This document shows, one piece after another, positions 28,887 to 37,984 of a DNA stretch of 64,000 bases (position 1 is its first letter; each line of letters begins with the position of its first letter). Under the pieces are notes generated by a model. The model made no database searches. It was not told where the DNA came from and saw only the letters and a list, made by a program, of their open reading frames with translations. The stretch spans positions 512,001 through 576,000 of the forward strand of contig OZ223269.1 in the NCBI GenBank assembly GCA_965140585.1. The letters are read 5' to 3'. The translations under genes were made by a program, and so were the position numbers. The DNA comes from Spirochaetia bacterium. Lineage in GTDB: Bacteria > Spirochaetota > Spirochaetia > UBA9216.

Positions 28887-30981
28887 AAAAGATATCGACG
28901 CAGATAAAGTGAGACAGATATCCGTACGCTTCGGTCTGGATCTCCTTACCTCATCAATATTTGTACGTCGAGGTATAACTGAAAATGAAGATATTAAGTT
29001 TTATCTTGAAGATGACTCACAGTATCTGCATAATCCTTTTCTCTTTGAAGAAATGGAGGACATCATTGATCGGATAAAGCAGGCTGCTGCTGAAGAAGAA
29101 AAGGTAAAGATCTTCGGTGACCGTGATGTTGATGGTATTACGTCTACGGTGCTTATATACAATGCCCTGAAAGAAATAGGCATCGAGGCTGAATGGGCCC
29201 TGCCGACCGGTGATGAGCCTTACGGACTTACCATGCAGGCCGTCGATAGTTTTGCTGAAGTTGACGGCAGCCTGCTTATCACAGTTGACTGCGGAATATC
29301 CAACTATAATGAAATTGAATATGCAAATGAAAAGGGCATAGATACAATAGTAATCGATCATCATAACAGCCCTGAAGTTCTGCCTCCGGCATACGGAATT
29401 ATAAATCCGAAAATGGAAGACTGCTGTTATCCATTTGCTCATCTTGCGGGCTGCGGTGTCGTTTCCAAGGTTATATGGGCGCTTAGATTCTCATCACTTG
29501 ATATATACAATCAGCAGTTCTGTCTTATGAATGTTCGGCCTGGAAATGATTCGGTGATCCTTGAAGCAGTCAAGATGAAGAACCTCGTTGTTGAAGACCG
29601 GATTACGGAAACCCTGGCTCCAGGCATTGTTGATATGCAGAACACCAGATTAATGGACTTTTTATCGCTTCAGATTATTGTCTATGATGCAGAACCCCAG
29701 CTTCGAATGCTTAAATCTGTGTTCGGGCAGAATACTGATATTCATTTAGTAGATTCTGCTCCTGAGATATGGAAGGTCTTTCCGTCATTACGGGGTAGAA
29801 GTCTTCTGAAAATGAGAGACGGAAGCCGTCTTGCCCGCTACAGTGAGAAACCGCCGGGGGAACTTGATGTTCTGATCAACCTGTTTACTACTTTTATTAT
29901 GAAGAAAGACCAGGGATTTGTTCTTAAATCAGAGCATGACCTGGACCTGGTAGCACTTGGCACTATTGCCGATCTGATGCCCATAGAAAATGAAAACCGG
30001 ATTCTGATTAAACGCGGAATGAAGGTTGTTGAGAAAACTGAGCGTGAAGGACTTAGAAGCCTTCTTTCTGCACAGAATATGCTTGCACGCAGACTTAATA
30101 CGACCGATATCGGCTGGCAGATTACGCCGGTAATCAATGCAACCGGAAGAATGGGTGTTCCATCGAGAGCGGCCGAGCTCCTGCTGAGCAGTGAGCCTTC
30201 CGATATAAACCGTCTTACAACCGAGGTTGTGGAACTTAACCGTCAGCGGAAAAAACTCGGCGAGGATATTTGGAATAAACTGCTTCCTTCAGCAAAGCGC
30301 AGCTATCAGGATCTTGAAGCCAGACTGGTTCTTGTTGCTGATAAGGATCTCAACCGCGGAATTACCGGTATAATTGCATCGCGGCTTGCAAACTTCTTCG
30401 GTGTTCCGGCTATGGCTGTCTCCATCATGGAAGACAAGGCGGTCGGCTCTATAAGAAGTGCAATGAATATTAACGTTAAAGATTTTATTGCAGGTGCATC
30501 TGATATCTTTATAGATTTCGGCGGACATGATTTTGCAGCCGGTTTCAGTATGGAGCTTTCACGTTTTGCAGATTTTACAAGCCGGATAGAGGAGCTTGCC
30601 CCCGGTCTTAAAGGGGCCGACACAACTGAGGCAAGTCTTAATATTGATGCCGAACTTCCTGTCAAATATCTCAACCCTGATCTGATAAAAACCGTTGAGA
30701 TGTTTGAACCATACGGTGAAAGCAGTCCTCCGCTTGTTTTTATGGCCAGAAATATAAAGATTCTGAATATGGAAATAATGGGAAAAAATGAAAAGAATCA
30801 CCTTCGGCTGCTGTTTGAGGCTGATAAGTTTAAATGGCCTGCGGTCTACTGGAACGCTGCTGAGAAAGCAAACCGAGATTTCAGTACCGGAGAGAGAGTT
30901 GATATAGTTTTCAGGCTGGGCCGTAACTATTTTATGAATAAGGAAACCCTTCAGCTTACAATACTGGATATGAAAAGATGA
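28873..30981 (+). CDS. recJ: ssDNA exonuclease RecJ with internal insertion
   Basis: GDRDVDG, TVDCG, IDHH, LGTIAD, INATGR, GGH and EPYG motifs. A TTG at 28867 is an alternative start. Confidence 0.94.
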   Translation: MIWNKKDIDADKVRQISVRFGLDLLTSSIFVRRGITENEDIKFYLEDDSQYLHNPFLFEEMEDIIDRIKQAAAEEEKVKIFGDRDVDGITSTVLIYNALKEIGIEAEWALPTGDEPYGLTMQAVDSFAEVDGSLLITVDCGISNYNEIEYANEKGIDTIVIDHHNSPEVLPPAYGIINPKMEDCCYPFAHLAGCGVVSKVIWALRFSSLDIYNQQFCLMNVRPGNDSVILEAVKMKNLVVEDRITETLAPGIVDMQNTRLMDFLSLQIIVYDAEPQLRMLKSVFGQNTDIHLVDSAPEIWKVFPSLRGRSLLKMRDGSRLARYSEKPPGELDVLINLFTTFIMKKDQGFVLKSEHDLDLVALGTIADLMPIENENRILIKRGMKVVEKTEREGLRSLLSAQNMLARRLNTTDIGWQITPVINATGRMGVPSRAAELLLSSEPSDINRLTTEVVELNRQRKKLGEDIWNKLLPSAKRSYQDLEARLVLVADKDLNRGITGIIASRLANFFGVPAMAVSIMEDKAVGSIRSAMNINVKDFIAGASDIFIDFGGHDFAAGFSMELSRFADFTSRIEELAPGLKGADTTEASLNIDAELPVKYLNPDLIKTVEMFEPYGESSPPLVFMARNIKILNMEIMGKNEKNHLRLLFEADKFKWPAVYWNAAEKANRDFSTGERVDIVFRLGRNYFMNKETLQLTILDMKR

Positions 30982-31892
30982 TAAAGAAAGTTTCAGCATT
31001 ATTTTTCGCATTTGTACTTACTGCGGCATTTCTTCCGGCTGCCGAACTTATTCTTACTGATAATGTTCCTCAGGGCGGGATTATTACCGCAGTTTTAAAG
31101 GGAATAGAGGCAAGCGGCGCTGAGATTCTGCTGCAGAGAAGCGGACGGACAGTTGCCAAGACTGAAAGTTTTTTTGTCGATCTTGACGGCAATACCGCTG
31201 TAATAGCAATGCTTGGTGTTCCCTCGGACGCTGCGCCCGGAATGTATTCTGTCTCAGCAGCCGACGGAAAGAAACTTCACCTTGAAGCGATTGTGAATGT
31301 TATTGCACGTGATTTTATAAGTGAGGACATCCCGCTTACTAAATCAATGTCTACGCTTCGTCAGTCTGAAGATATCCGAAAAGCCGAAGAGTGGAAGATC
31401 CTCTATGGAATACTGACATCGGTCAATCCGGACTCTGTATATATGAGTTCTGATTTTTCACTTCCGGTAACTGCTCTCCGTCAGACCTCGTTCTTCGGTG
31501 ACCGAAGACGCTACCTTTATGATGACGGAACAACTGCCACATCATTGCACAATGGTATTGATTATTCCGCTGTACCCGGGACTCCGATTTATGCTCCGGG
31601 TCCGGGGAAGGTTGTATTTGCTGATATGAGGATTCTTACCGGTAATACTGTTGTGATAGAGCATCTTCCCGGTGTTTATTCCCTTTATTATCACATGCAG
31701 GAAATAAACACGGAGGCCGGAACAATGCTGAAAGAAAGGGAGCTTATAGGTACAGTCGGAGCCACAGGTCTGGTTACCGGAGCCCATCTTCACTGGGAGA
31801 TACGTGTAGCCGGAGTTGCCGTAGAGCCCGAGACCTGGCTTACTGAAAGCCTTATTGACAAAGACTTTATAATAAGTAATATTAAACAATAA
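30978..31892 (+). CDS. M23 family metallopeptidase
   Basis: Signal peptide, HNGID, YYHM and TGAHLHWE motifs. Confidence 0.92.
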   Translation: MIKKVSALFFAFVLTAAFLPAAELILTDNVPQGGIITAVLKGIEASGAEILLQRSGRTVAKTESFFVDLDGNTAVIAMLGVPSDAAPGMYSVSAADGKKLHLEAIVNVIARDFISEDIPLTKSMSTLRQSEDIRKAEEWKILYGILTSVNPDSVYMSSDFSLPVTALRQTSFFGDRRRYLYDDGTTATSLHNGIDYSAVPGTPIYAPGPGKVVFADMRILTGNTVVIEHLPGVYSLYYHMQEINTEAGTMLKERELIGTVGATGLVTGAHLHWEIRVAGVAVEPETWLTESLIDKDFIISNIKQ

Positions 31893-31917
31893 TTATACAC
31901 AAAAGGGGGTGATTGCT

Positions 31918-32127
31918 ATCGCTCATGTTAACATTGATGAAGGCGAGCCGCTCGAAAAGGCTATAAAACGCTTTAAGAGAATGGTTGAGAAAGAAGGTAT
32001 TATCCGCGAATGGAAAAAGCGCGAATACTTCGAAAAGCCTTCCACTATCAAGAATAGAAAGACAAAAGCTATGCAGCGCAAGCAGATGAAAAAGCAGAGA
32101 AAGCTGCAGAACATGAAGAACTATTAG
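31918..32127 (+). CDS. rpsU: 30S ribosomal protein bS21, probably starting at ATC 31918 (ORF track uses GTG 31909)
   Basis: [20 protein letters not shown]. The SD GGGGGTG covers the GTG and lies 6 nt before the ATC. Confidence 0.93.
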   Translation: MAHVNIDEGEPLEKAIKRFKRMVEKEGIIREWKKREYFEKPSTIKNRKTKAMQRKQMKKQRKLQNMKNY

Positions 32128-32157
32128 CAATCCGCCGCTATATGCGGTTTTGTTCAG

Positions 32158-32188
32158 AGAGGCAGCCCGATAGCTGCCTCTTTTTTTT
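32158..32188 (+). terminator. Rho-independent terminator after rpsU
   Basis: agaggcagc-ccgata-gctgcctct followed by a T run. Confidence 0.9.
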
Positions 32189-32263
32189 ATTCCGCAGTGT
32201 AATAGTATTGATAAGCGGTTATAAAAATGCGATAAAATAGAGATATAAATTCCGGAGGATATA

Positions 32264-33340
32264 ATGAGTCGTAAATTAAATTTCAATGCGGGCCCTTCGA
32301 CCCTTCCTGTTGAAGTACTTGAAGAGATAAAGGAGAATATCGTCGATTATCACGGCAACGGCCTTTCTCTTATTGAAGACAGCCATAGAAGCGGTGCATA
32401 TGATGAAGTACATAATGATGCTGTAAGCCTTGTTAAAGAGCTGCTCGGTCTTCCGGATAACTATAAGGTAATGTTTCTCGGCGGAGGTGCTACTCTGCAG
32501 TTTGCTATGGTTGCTATGAATCTGCTTACCGGCGCGAAGAACTGTGATTATGTAGTAACCGGGGCCTGGGCTAAAAAAGCATTTGATGATGCCAAAAAAC
32601 TTGGAAACGCAAGGGCTGTTTGGGATGGTAAGGCTGACAGCTATACAACTTTGCCAAAATCAGTTGCTCCCGGTGAAAATTCATCTTACCTTCATATCAC
32701 CGCCAATGAAACCATAGGCGGTCTTGAATGGAAAACTTATCCTGAAACAGGAGATGTTCCGCTGGTTGCGGATATGTCCAGTGACATTATGTCAAAGCCT
32801 GTTCCTGTTGAAAAGTTCGGTCTCATATACGCAGGAGCTCAGAAGAATCTGGGGCCCGCAGGAACCACACTGGTAATAGCCAGGGATGATCTTCTTGAAA
32901 GATCCGCAGAAAGTCTTCCGGCATATCTTAACTATTCCATACACGCAAAAAACAATTCACTTTATAACACCCCTCCGGTATTCAGCATCTATGCTACTAT
33001 GCTTGTACTCAAAAAGCTCAAAGCCGACGGCGGACTTGCAGTAAGAGCCGCTGCCAATGAAAAGAAGGCAGGAGTTATCTATGACGCAATCGATAATAGC
33101 GGCGGATTTTACAACTGCCCTGTTGAGAAAGAATCAAGATCTCTCATGAACATAGTATTCACCCTTGCTGATGAAAAACTTGAAAAAGAGTTCATCGATA
33201 CAGCTAAAACTAAGGGTATGCTCGGACTTAAGGGGCACAGAAGCGTAGGCGGCTGCAGAGCCTCTGTCTATAATTCAATGCCTTATGAAGGGGCTGCCGC
33301 TCTTGCTGATTTCATGAAGGAATTTGCATCAGGCCGATGA
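32264..33340 (+). CDS. serC: Phosphoserine aminotransferase
   Basis: NFNAGP, SHRS, GGGATLQF, ADMSS, YAGAQKN, NTPP and KGHRSVGGCRAS motifs. Confidence 0.96.
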   Translation: MSRKLNFNAGPSTLPVEVLEEIKENIVDYHGNGLSLIEDSHRSGAYDEVHNDAVSLVKELLGLPDNYKVMFLGGGATLQFAMVAMNLLTGAKNCDYVVTGAWAKKAFDDAKKLGNARAVWDGKADSYTTLPKSVAPGENSSYLHITANETIGGLEWKTYPETGDVPLVADMSSDIMSKPVPVEKFGLIYAGAQKNLGPAGTTLVIARDDLLERSAESLPAYLNYSIHAKNNSLYNTPPVFSIYATMLVLKKLKADGGLAVRAAANEKKAGVIYDAIDNSGGFYNCPVEKESRSLMNIVFTLADEKLEKEFIDTAKTKGMLGLKGHRSVGGCRASVYNSMPYEGAAALADFMKEFASGR

Positions 33341-33780
33341 AGTTTGATGATATAAACCTGCAGATTATCCGTCACCTCATAGACGGTCGTAAATCTTTCA
33401 AGGTTATTGCAGATGAGCTCTCTATAACCGAAAATACTGTAAGAGCAAGGGTTAACAAGCTCAGTGAAGAGGGAATCCTGAATATTCACGGACTAGTTGA
33501 TCCTGAAAAAATACCTGGCCATCAGGTCGCTATTATCGGTGTCAAGGTGAACAATATGCGCCTGGTGGAGAAGGGGAAGGAATTCAGTTCTCTTAAAGGT
33601 GTAATAAGTGTTGCCGTTGTTACCGGAAGATATGATATAATCGTGCAGGTACTGCTTAACGAAGAATTCAGCCTTCTTGAATTTTATACCCATGAGGTTA
33701 CGAAGGTTGAAGATGTAGCTGATGTTGAAACCTTTATTGTGTATAAGGGTTATAATTTAAGCGTACCATATATTTTATAA
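33337..33780 (+). CDS. Lrp/AsnC family regulator
   Basis: N-terminal HTH (DGRKSF..SITENTVRARV) and a RAM domain (VTGRYD). ATGA overlap with serC. Confidence 0.92.
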   Translation: MKFDDINLQIIRHLIDGRKSFKVIADELSITENTVRARVNKLSEEGILNIHGLVDPEKIPGHQVAIIGVKVNNMRLVEKGKEFSSLKGVISVAVVTGRYDIIVQVLLNEEFSLLEFYTHEVTKVEDVADVETFIVYKGYNLSVPYIL

Positions 33781-33794
33781 AACGGAGTGTAATA

Positions 33795-34778
33795 ATGGCA
33801 GAACTTAAAACAAAATACATGGGACTTGAACTCAACTCACCGGTTATTGCCGCAAGTTCAGGATTGACATCATCCGTTGAAAAGGTTAAGCAGATTGAGG
33901 CTGCCGGTGCCGGTGCGGTTGTACTTAAATCTCTGTTTGAAGAGCAGATTCTTTTCGACAGTAACAGAATGACTGAAGGAATGAATGCTGAAATTCATGC
34001 CGATGCCTATGATTTCTTAAACGGAATGAGCAATAACTATTTTCTTGATGAGTACCTTGGCCTTGTTGAAGACTGCAAGAAAGCTGTAAATATACCGGTT
34101 ATTGCAAGTATAAACTGTGCTTCCGACGGTGCCTGGATAAAGTACGCTGAAAGATTTCAGAATGTCGGGGCTGATGCTCTTGAAATAAATGTTTTCACTC
34201 TCCCAGTCAATAAGACAATGACCAGTGCTGATTATGAAAACATGTACTACGGAATAGCCGCAAAAATTAAGAAGGCTGTCAGTATTCCTGTTGCATTCAA
34301 AATAAGCCCGCATTTTACAAGCCTAGCCGGAGTTATTGAACGATTTAATGAGCTTGGACTTGATGGTCTTGTTCTTTTCAACAGATTTTACAGACCCGAT
34401 ATCGATATAAACAATTTAAAGCTCTCACATTCACCTGTTCACAGTGCAAAAGAAGAAATCTCTCTCGCTCTTCAGTGGATAGCCCTGCTGTCCGGGGAAA
34501 TTGATATTGATTTTTCAGCTACAACTGGTGTTCATGATTCTGAAGGTGTCATCAAACAGCTTCTAGCAGGAGCAAAATCTGTTCAGATTTGTACAGCCTT
34601 ATATAAGAACGGAATTGATTTTATCAGCAATGTTAATAGTGAAATATCTTCATGGATGGAGTCAAAGAACTTCAAGGCTGTTTCAGATTTTAACGGCATG
34701 CTATGTCAGGAAGAAAGCGAACAGCCCGAAAAATACGAAAGAACCCAGTATATGAAGGCTTCTGTCGGAATAAGTTAG
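33795..34778 (+). CDS. Dihydroorotate dehydrogenase-like flavoprotein
   Basis: SPVIAASSGL, AGAVVLKSLFEEQI, PVIASIN, LFNRFY and ATTGVH motifs. Confidence 0.88.
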   Translation: MAELKTKYMGLELNSPVIAASSGLTSSVEKVKQIEAAGAGAVVLKSLFEEQILFDSNRMTEGMNAEIHADAYDFLNGMSNNYFLDEYLGLVEDCKKAVNIPVIASINCASDGAWIKYAERFQNVGADALEINVFTLPVNKTMTSADYENMYYGIAAKIKKAVSIPVAFKISPHFTSLAGVIERFNELGLDGLVLFNRFYRPDIDINNLKLSHSPVHSAKEEISLALQWIALLSGEIDIDFSATTGVHDSEGVIKQLLAGAKSVQICTALYKNGIDFISNVNSEISSWMESKNFKAVSDFNGMLCQEESEQPEKYERTQYMKASVGIS

Positions 34779-34797
34779 TTAATAAGGAAATAAATAT

Positions 34798-35070
34798 ATG
34801 AATCTCAGTATTTTTGAAGCGGTAATGCTGATTTGCTTTGGCGCAGCCTGGCCGCTGAACATCTACAAATCAGTTAAATCAAGAAAGACCGGCGGTAAAA
34901 GCCTTCCTTTTCTCTTTGTAATAAATCTCGGATACATATCAGGGATTATTCACAAAGTATTTTTCAGCTTTGATCTGGTCATCTACCTGTACATTCTGAA
35001 CTTCGTTATGGTCAGTATAGACATTGCATTATATTTCAGGAACAAAAGGCTCGAGGCAATAGAGGGCTGA
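34798..35070 (+). CDS. Small 3-TM PQ-loop/SemiSWEET-like membrane protein
   Basis: FEAVMLICFGAAWP..KSRKTGGKS..F. 90 aa with three hydrophobic helices. Confidence 0.75.
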   Translation: MNLSIFEAVMLICFGAAWPLNIYKSVKSRKTGGKSLPFLFVINLGYISGIIHKVFFSFDLVIYLYILNFVMVSIDIALYFRNKRLEAIEG

Positions 35071-35112
35071 TGATTGTGGAAGCATTAATTATCCTGTAGT
35101 CCCATTCTGATT

Positions 35113-35142
35113 AGGCCGGTATTAAATACCGGCTTTTATTTT
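35113..35142 (+). terminator. Rho-independent terminator
   Basis: aggccggtat-taa-ataccggctt followed by a T-rich tail. Confidence 0.8.
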
Positions 35143-35167
35143 CTATCTGTGAATCTGTGTTATTATT

Positions 35168-35677
35168 GTGTCACAGATGATCACTCTTGAAAAATTCAGA
35201 AAAGAAAGCATCCCTGAACTTCTATTATGGCTTGAGCATACAAATGCTGAATTCCTGATTCAGTTTGCCGGCCGAAAATATACATATCCTCTGACCGATA
35301 ATCAGCTTATTCAAACCCTCGCCAAAAAAAGCAATATTATGTTTAAAGTCGTAGAGTCGAATAGTCAAATCACGATTGGGCACTGTCAGTTACTCAGGAT
35401 TGATAAAGTAAAAAAGAGTGCTTCTGTAGGCAGAGTTTTTATCAGAGAGGAATACCGTGGTAAGAAATACAGTTCCGGATTGATTGAATGTGTTAAATCA
35501 TACGGGATTGAAATACTCGGACTGAAAAAATTATCACTAAGAGTCTTTGATTTTAATATTCCTGCAGTAAAATGCTACAGCAAGGCCGGTTTTAAGGAAG
35601 TAAAAAAAGAACTGCAGTTTTATCAATCAATTCAGAAAGAATGGTGCTGTATTACAATGGAGTACTGTAATCATTAA
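35168..35677 (+). CDS. GNAT N-acetyltransferase (RimJ/RimL-like)
   Basis: YRGKKY and LRVFDFNIPAVKCYSKAGF motifs. The ATG at 35177 is an alternative start. Confidence 0.88.
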   Translation: MSQMITLEKFRKESIPELLLWLEHTNAEFLIQFAGRKYTYPLTDNQLIQTLAKKSNIMFKVVESNSQITIGHCQLLRIDKVKKSASVGRVFIREEYRGKKYSSGLIECVKSYGIEILGLKKLSLRVFDFNIPAVKCYSKAGFKEVKKELQFYQSIQKEWCCITMEYCNH

Positions 35678-35720
35678 TTTTAAGATTGTTTTCAGATTTC
35701 TAAATTCATATATTTAAAAT

Positions 35721-36260
35721 ATGATTAAGAGTATTAATGAGTTTTTTGAAGTTGAAAAAAGTGGAAGAATGAGATTCTGAAATTAAGAGAAATCATTCTT
35801 GATTGCGGGCTGACTGAAGAACCGAAATGGGGAAAACCCTGTTACTCTGCAGACGGAAAAAACATTGTACTTATTCACGGTTTTAAAGAATATTGCGCTG
35901 TCCTCTTTATCAAGGGATCTCTTTTAAAGGATAATAAAAGCATCCTCATCCAGCAAACAGAAAAAGTTCAGGCAGGCAGGCCGCTTCGTTTTACAGATAA
36001 AAGCCAAATAGAACAAATTGAATCAGATATCAGGGAATATGTTAAAGAAGCTGTAGAAGTCGAGAAGGCTGGATTGAAAGTCGAATTCAAGAAAACTGAG
36101 GACTTTAAGATTCCCGAAGAGCTGGAATCCTCCTTTAGCAGCAACAATTCCCTGCGTGATGCTTTCTTCAGCCTTACCCCCGGGAGACAGCGGGCTTATA
36201 TTCTTTATTTCTCAGAACCCAAGCAGTCTAAAACCAGGATTTCAAGGATAGAAAAATATG
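35721..36260 (+). pseudogene. YdeI/OmpD-associated (DUF1801) family, frameshifted and 3'-truncated
   Basis: One-base frameshift at the A6 run 35755-35760. The shifted frame reads WKNEILKLREIILDCGLTEEPKWGKPCY..GFKEYC..LTPGRQRAY..KQSKTRISRIEKY. Confidence 0.85.
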
Positions 36261-36475
36261 CCGAGGCTGATGATAGGCGCTGTGGCAGCTTCTTTTATTC
36301 TTTCATACGGTTTACAGGTAATTATTCATTCAATAGGCGGTAGTTTCTTTACATGAGTTCTTACAGGTGCTGTTGCCTGATTCACTTTTGCGCTGCCTCA
36401 CAGCCTGAATACTCAGTTTGAAGGCCGTAAACCGATAGTTCTTATCTTAATAATGTTCTTTATCTATTTATATAC
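36258..36475 (+). pseudogene. Membrane-protein remnant, possibly DUF1761-like
   Basis: Broken hydrophobic frames MPRLMIGAVAASFILSYGLQVII.., [22 protein letters not shown] and NNVLYLFIY. Confidence 0.45.
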
Positions 36476-36715
36476 TGGTTAACCGGCTATGATGCTGACG
36501 GATTAAAGGCTCAGATTGAAAGTAAAGCAGATTTTGAAACATTTTTTGCCAGGGTACCGAAGCTGAATCCTGATGTTGTAAAGATAAAAGGTGTTATCTG
36601 CGGTTATAGAGTTGAAAAGATTGAAGATGAGCTGATGAAGAAAATCCGTTATCTTGATAAACTTATTGATGAACTTGCAAAGGGCAAAGCCATGGAGAAG
36701 ATACTAAACAGATAA
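36470..36715 (+). pseudogene. DUF2200 family, 5'-truncated
   Basis: [56 protein letters not shown]. There is no start codon after the in-frame TAA at 36428. Confidence 0.85.
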
Positions 36716-36725
36716 AGGATTAAAA

Positions 36726-37577
36726 ATGAATAAAGTACTTGTAGCCGGGGGGACAGGATATCTCGGCAGTAACATAGTCAACGAACTGTTATCTCGAAAC
36801 ATAAATACCGTAATGATAGCGCGTGATAAAAATCGTGTAAATCTTGACAGCAGCTTCCTTAACATTGTCGAAGCAAGGGTAACAGAGCCGGATTCACTTG
36901 AAGGAATTTTTGACGGGATTGATACTGTATTCAGTACGGTTGGTATAACCAGGCAGAAAGACGGTCTTACATATATGGATGTAGATTACCAGGCTAACGC
37001 CAATCTTATCGACGCGGCAAAAAAAGCTGATGTTAAAAAAATTGTCTATGTTTCTGTCCTAAACGGTGAACAGCTTAGACACATTAAAATCTGTGAAGCC
37101 AAGGAAAGGCTTGTTGATTATCTGAAGGCTTCAGGGCTTGGTTACTGCATAATCAGGCCTAACGGCTTTTTTTCTGACATGAAAGATTTTCTATCAATGG
37201 CGGCTAACGGCCGGATATATCTTTTCGGAGACGGAAAACTAAAATTGAATCCGATAGACGGAGCAGATCTTGCTGAAGCGATCGTTAACGCTGCTGAAGA
37301 TGATATTAAAGAAATGGATATAGGAGGGCCTGATATGCTCTCGCAGAATGAGATAGCTGAGCTTGCATTCGAAGCCTGTTCCAGACCTGTGAAAATTACA
37401 CATCTTCCTGACTGGATAAGAAAAGCAGCACTGTTTCTGCTTAAAACTTTTACCAGTTCAAAAGTCTATGGTCCTATGGAGTTTTTTATGACTACGATGG
37501 TTATGAGTATGGAAGCTCCTCTTTACGGTAAACGACACCTTTCAGATTTCTTTAAAGAAAATTCCGGGACCAGTTAA
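36726..37577 (+). CDS. Atypical SDR / NAD(P)H-binding oxidoreductase
   Basis: VAGGTGYLG, VDYQAN, IRPNGFF and NPIDGADLA motifs. Confidence 0.9.
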   Translation: MNKVLVAGGTGYLGSNIVNELLSRNINTVMIARDKNRVNLDSSFLNIVEARVTEPDSLEGIFDGIDTVFSTVGITRQKDGLTYMDVDYQANANLIDAAKKADVKKIVYVSVLNGEQLRHIKICEAKERLVDYLKASGLGYCIIRPNGFFSDMKDFLSMAANGRIYLFGDGKLKLNPIDGADLAEAIVNAAEDDIKEMDIGGPDMLSQNEIAELAFEACSRPVKITHLPDWIRKAALFLLKTFTSSKVYGPMEFFMTTMVMSMEAPLYGKRHLSDFFKENSGTS

Positions 37578-37900
37578 ATTAATCATGTTTTTCTGTAATA
37601 GGTTACCCCATTGAAATACAACTTGTTGAATATGTATATTCGATGTCTTCATCATCCTCATCGTCCGTGGCATTCAGGCTTTGGGTTTTAATATAGCTGA
37701 TATCTATTCTGTTGAAAGAACAATATTTGCTGTTATTGATGGTGACGGACTGCAGCTTGAAAAAACTGCTGAAACTAAAATAGATATTAAAAATAAATAC
37801 TGTTTGCAATTTTACATTATTTACTCTTTAAATATGTAGTTTAGATAATTTTAACATGAAAATTAAAAAAGCTCAGTTAGATTTTAATCAATTTTCTTTG

Positions 37901-37952
37901 TTGACAAGCAGCTGAAACCGGTTTATCGTTGCTGCTAGTAGAAACGATTCTA
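37901..37952 (+). promoter_or_regulatory. trpB2 promoter with two LacI-type palindromes
   Basis: TTGACA(37901)-17-TATCGT. AAACCGGTTT lies in the spacer and TAGAA-ACGA-TTCTA at 37939-37952. Confidence 0.55.
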
Positions 37953-37984
37953 TCTAAAGTAACGTACAATGTAAGGAGGCGAAA

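Noticed and set aside
35752-35763. AAAAAAG as a programmed -1 frameshift site in the YdeI-like gene
   Set aside because: The codon phase is GAA AAA AGT, not A AAA AAG, and the gene is also 3'-truncated. Decay or a homopolymer error is more likely.
37603-37809. 68 aa minus-strand ORF
   Set aside because: No SD or recognisable motif. At most it is a gene remnant in an AT-rich spacer.
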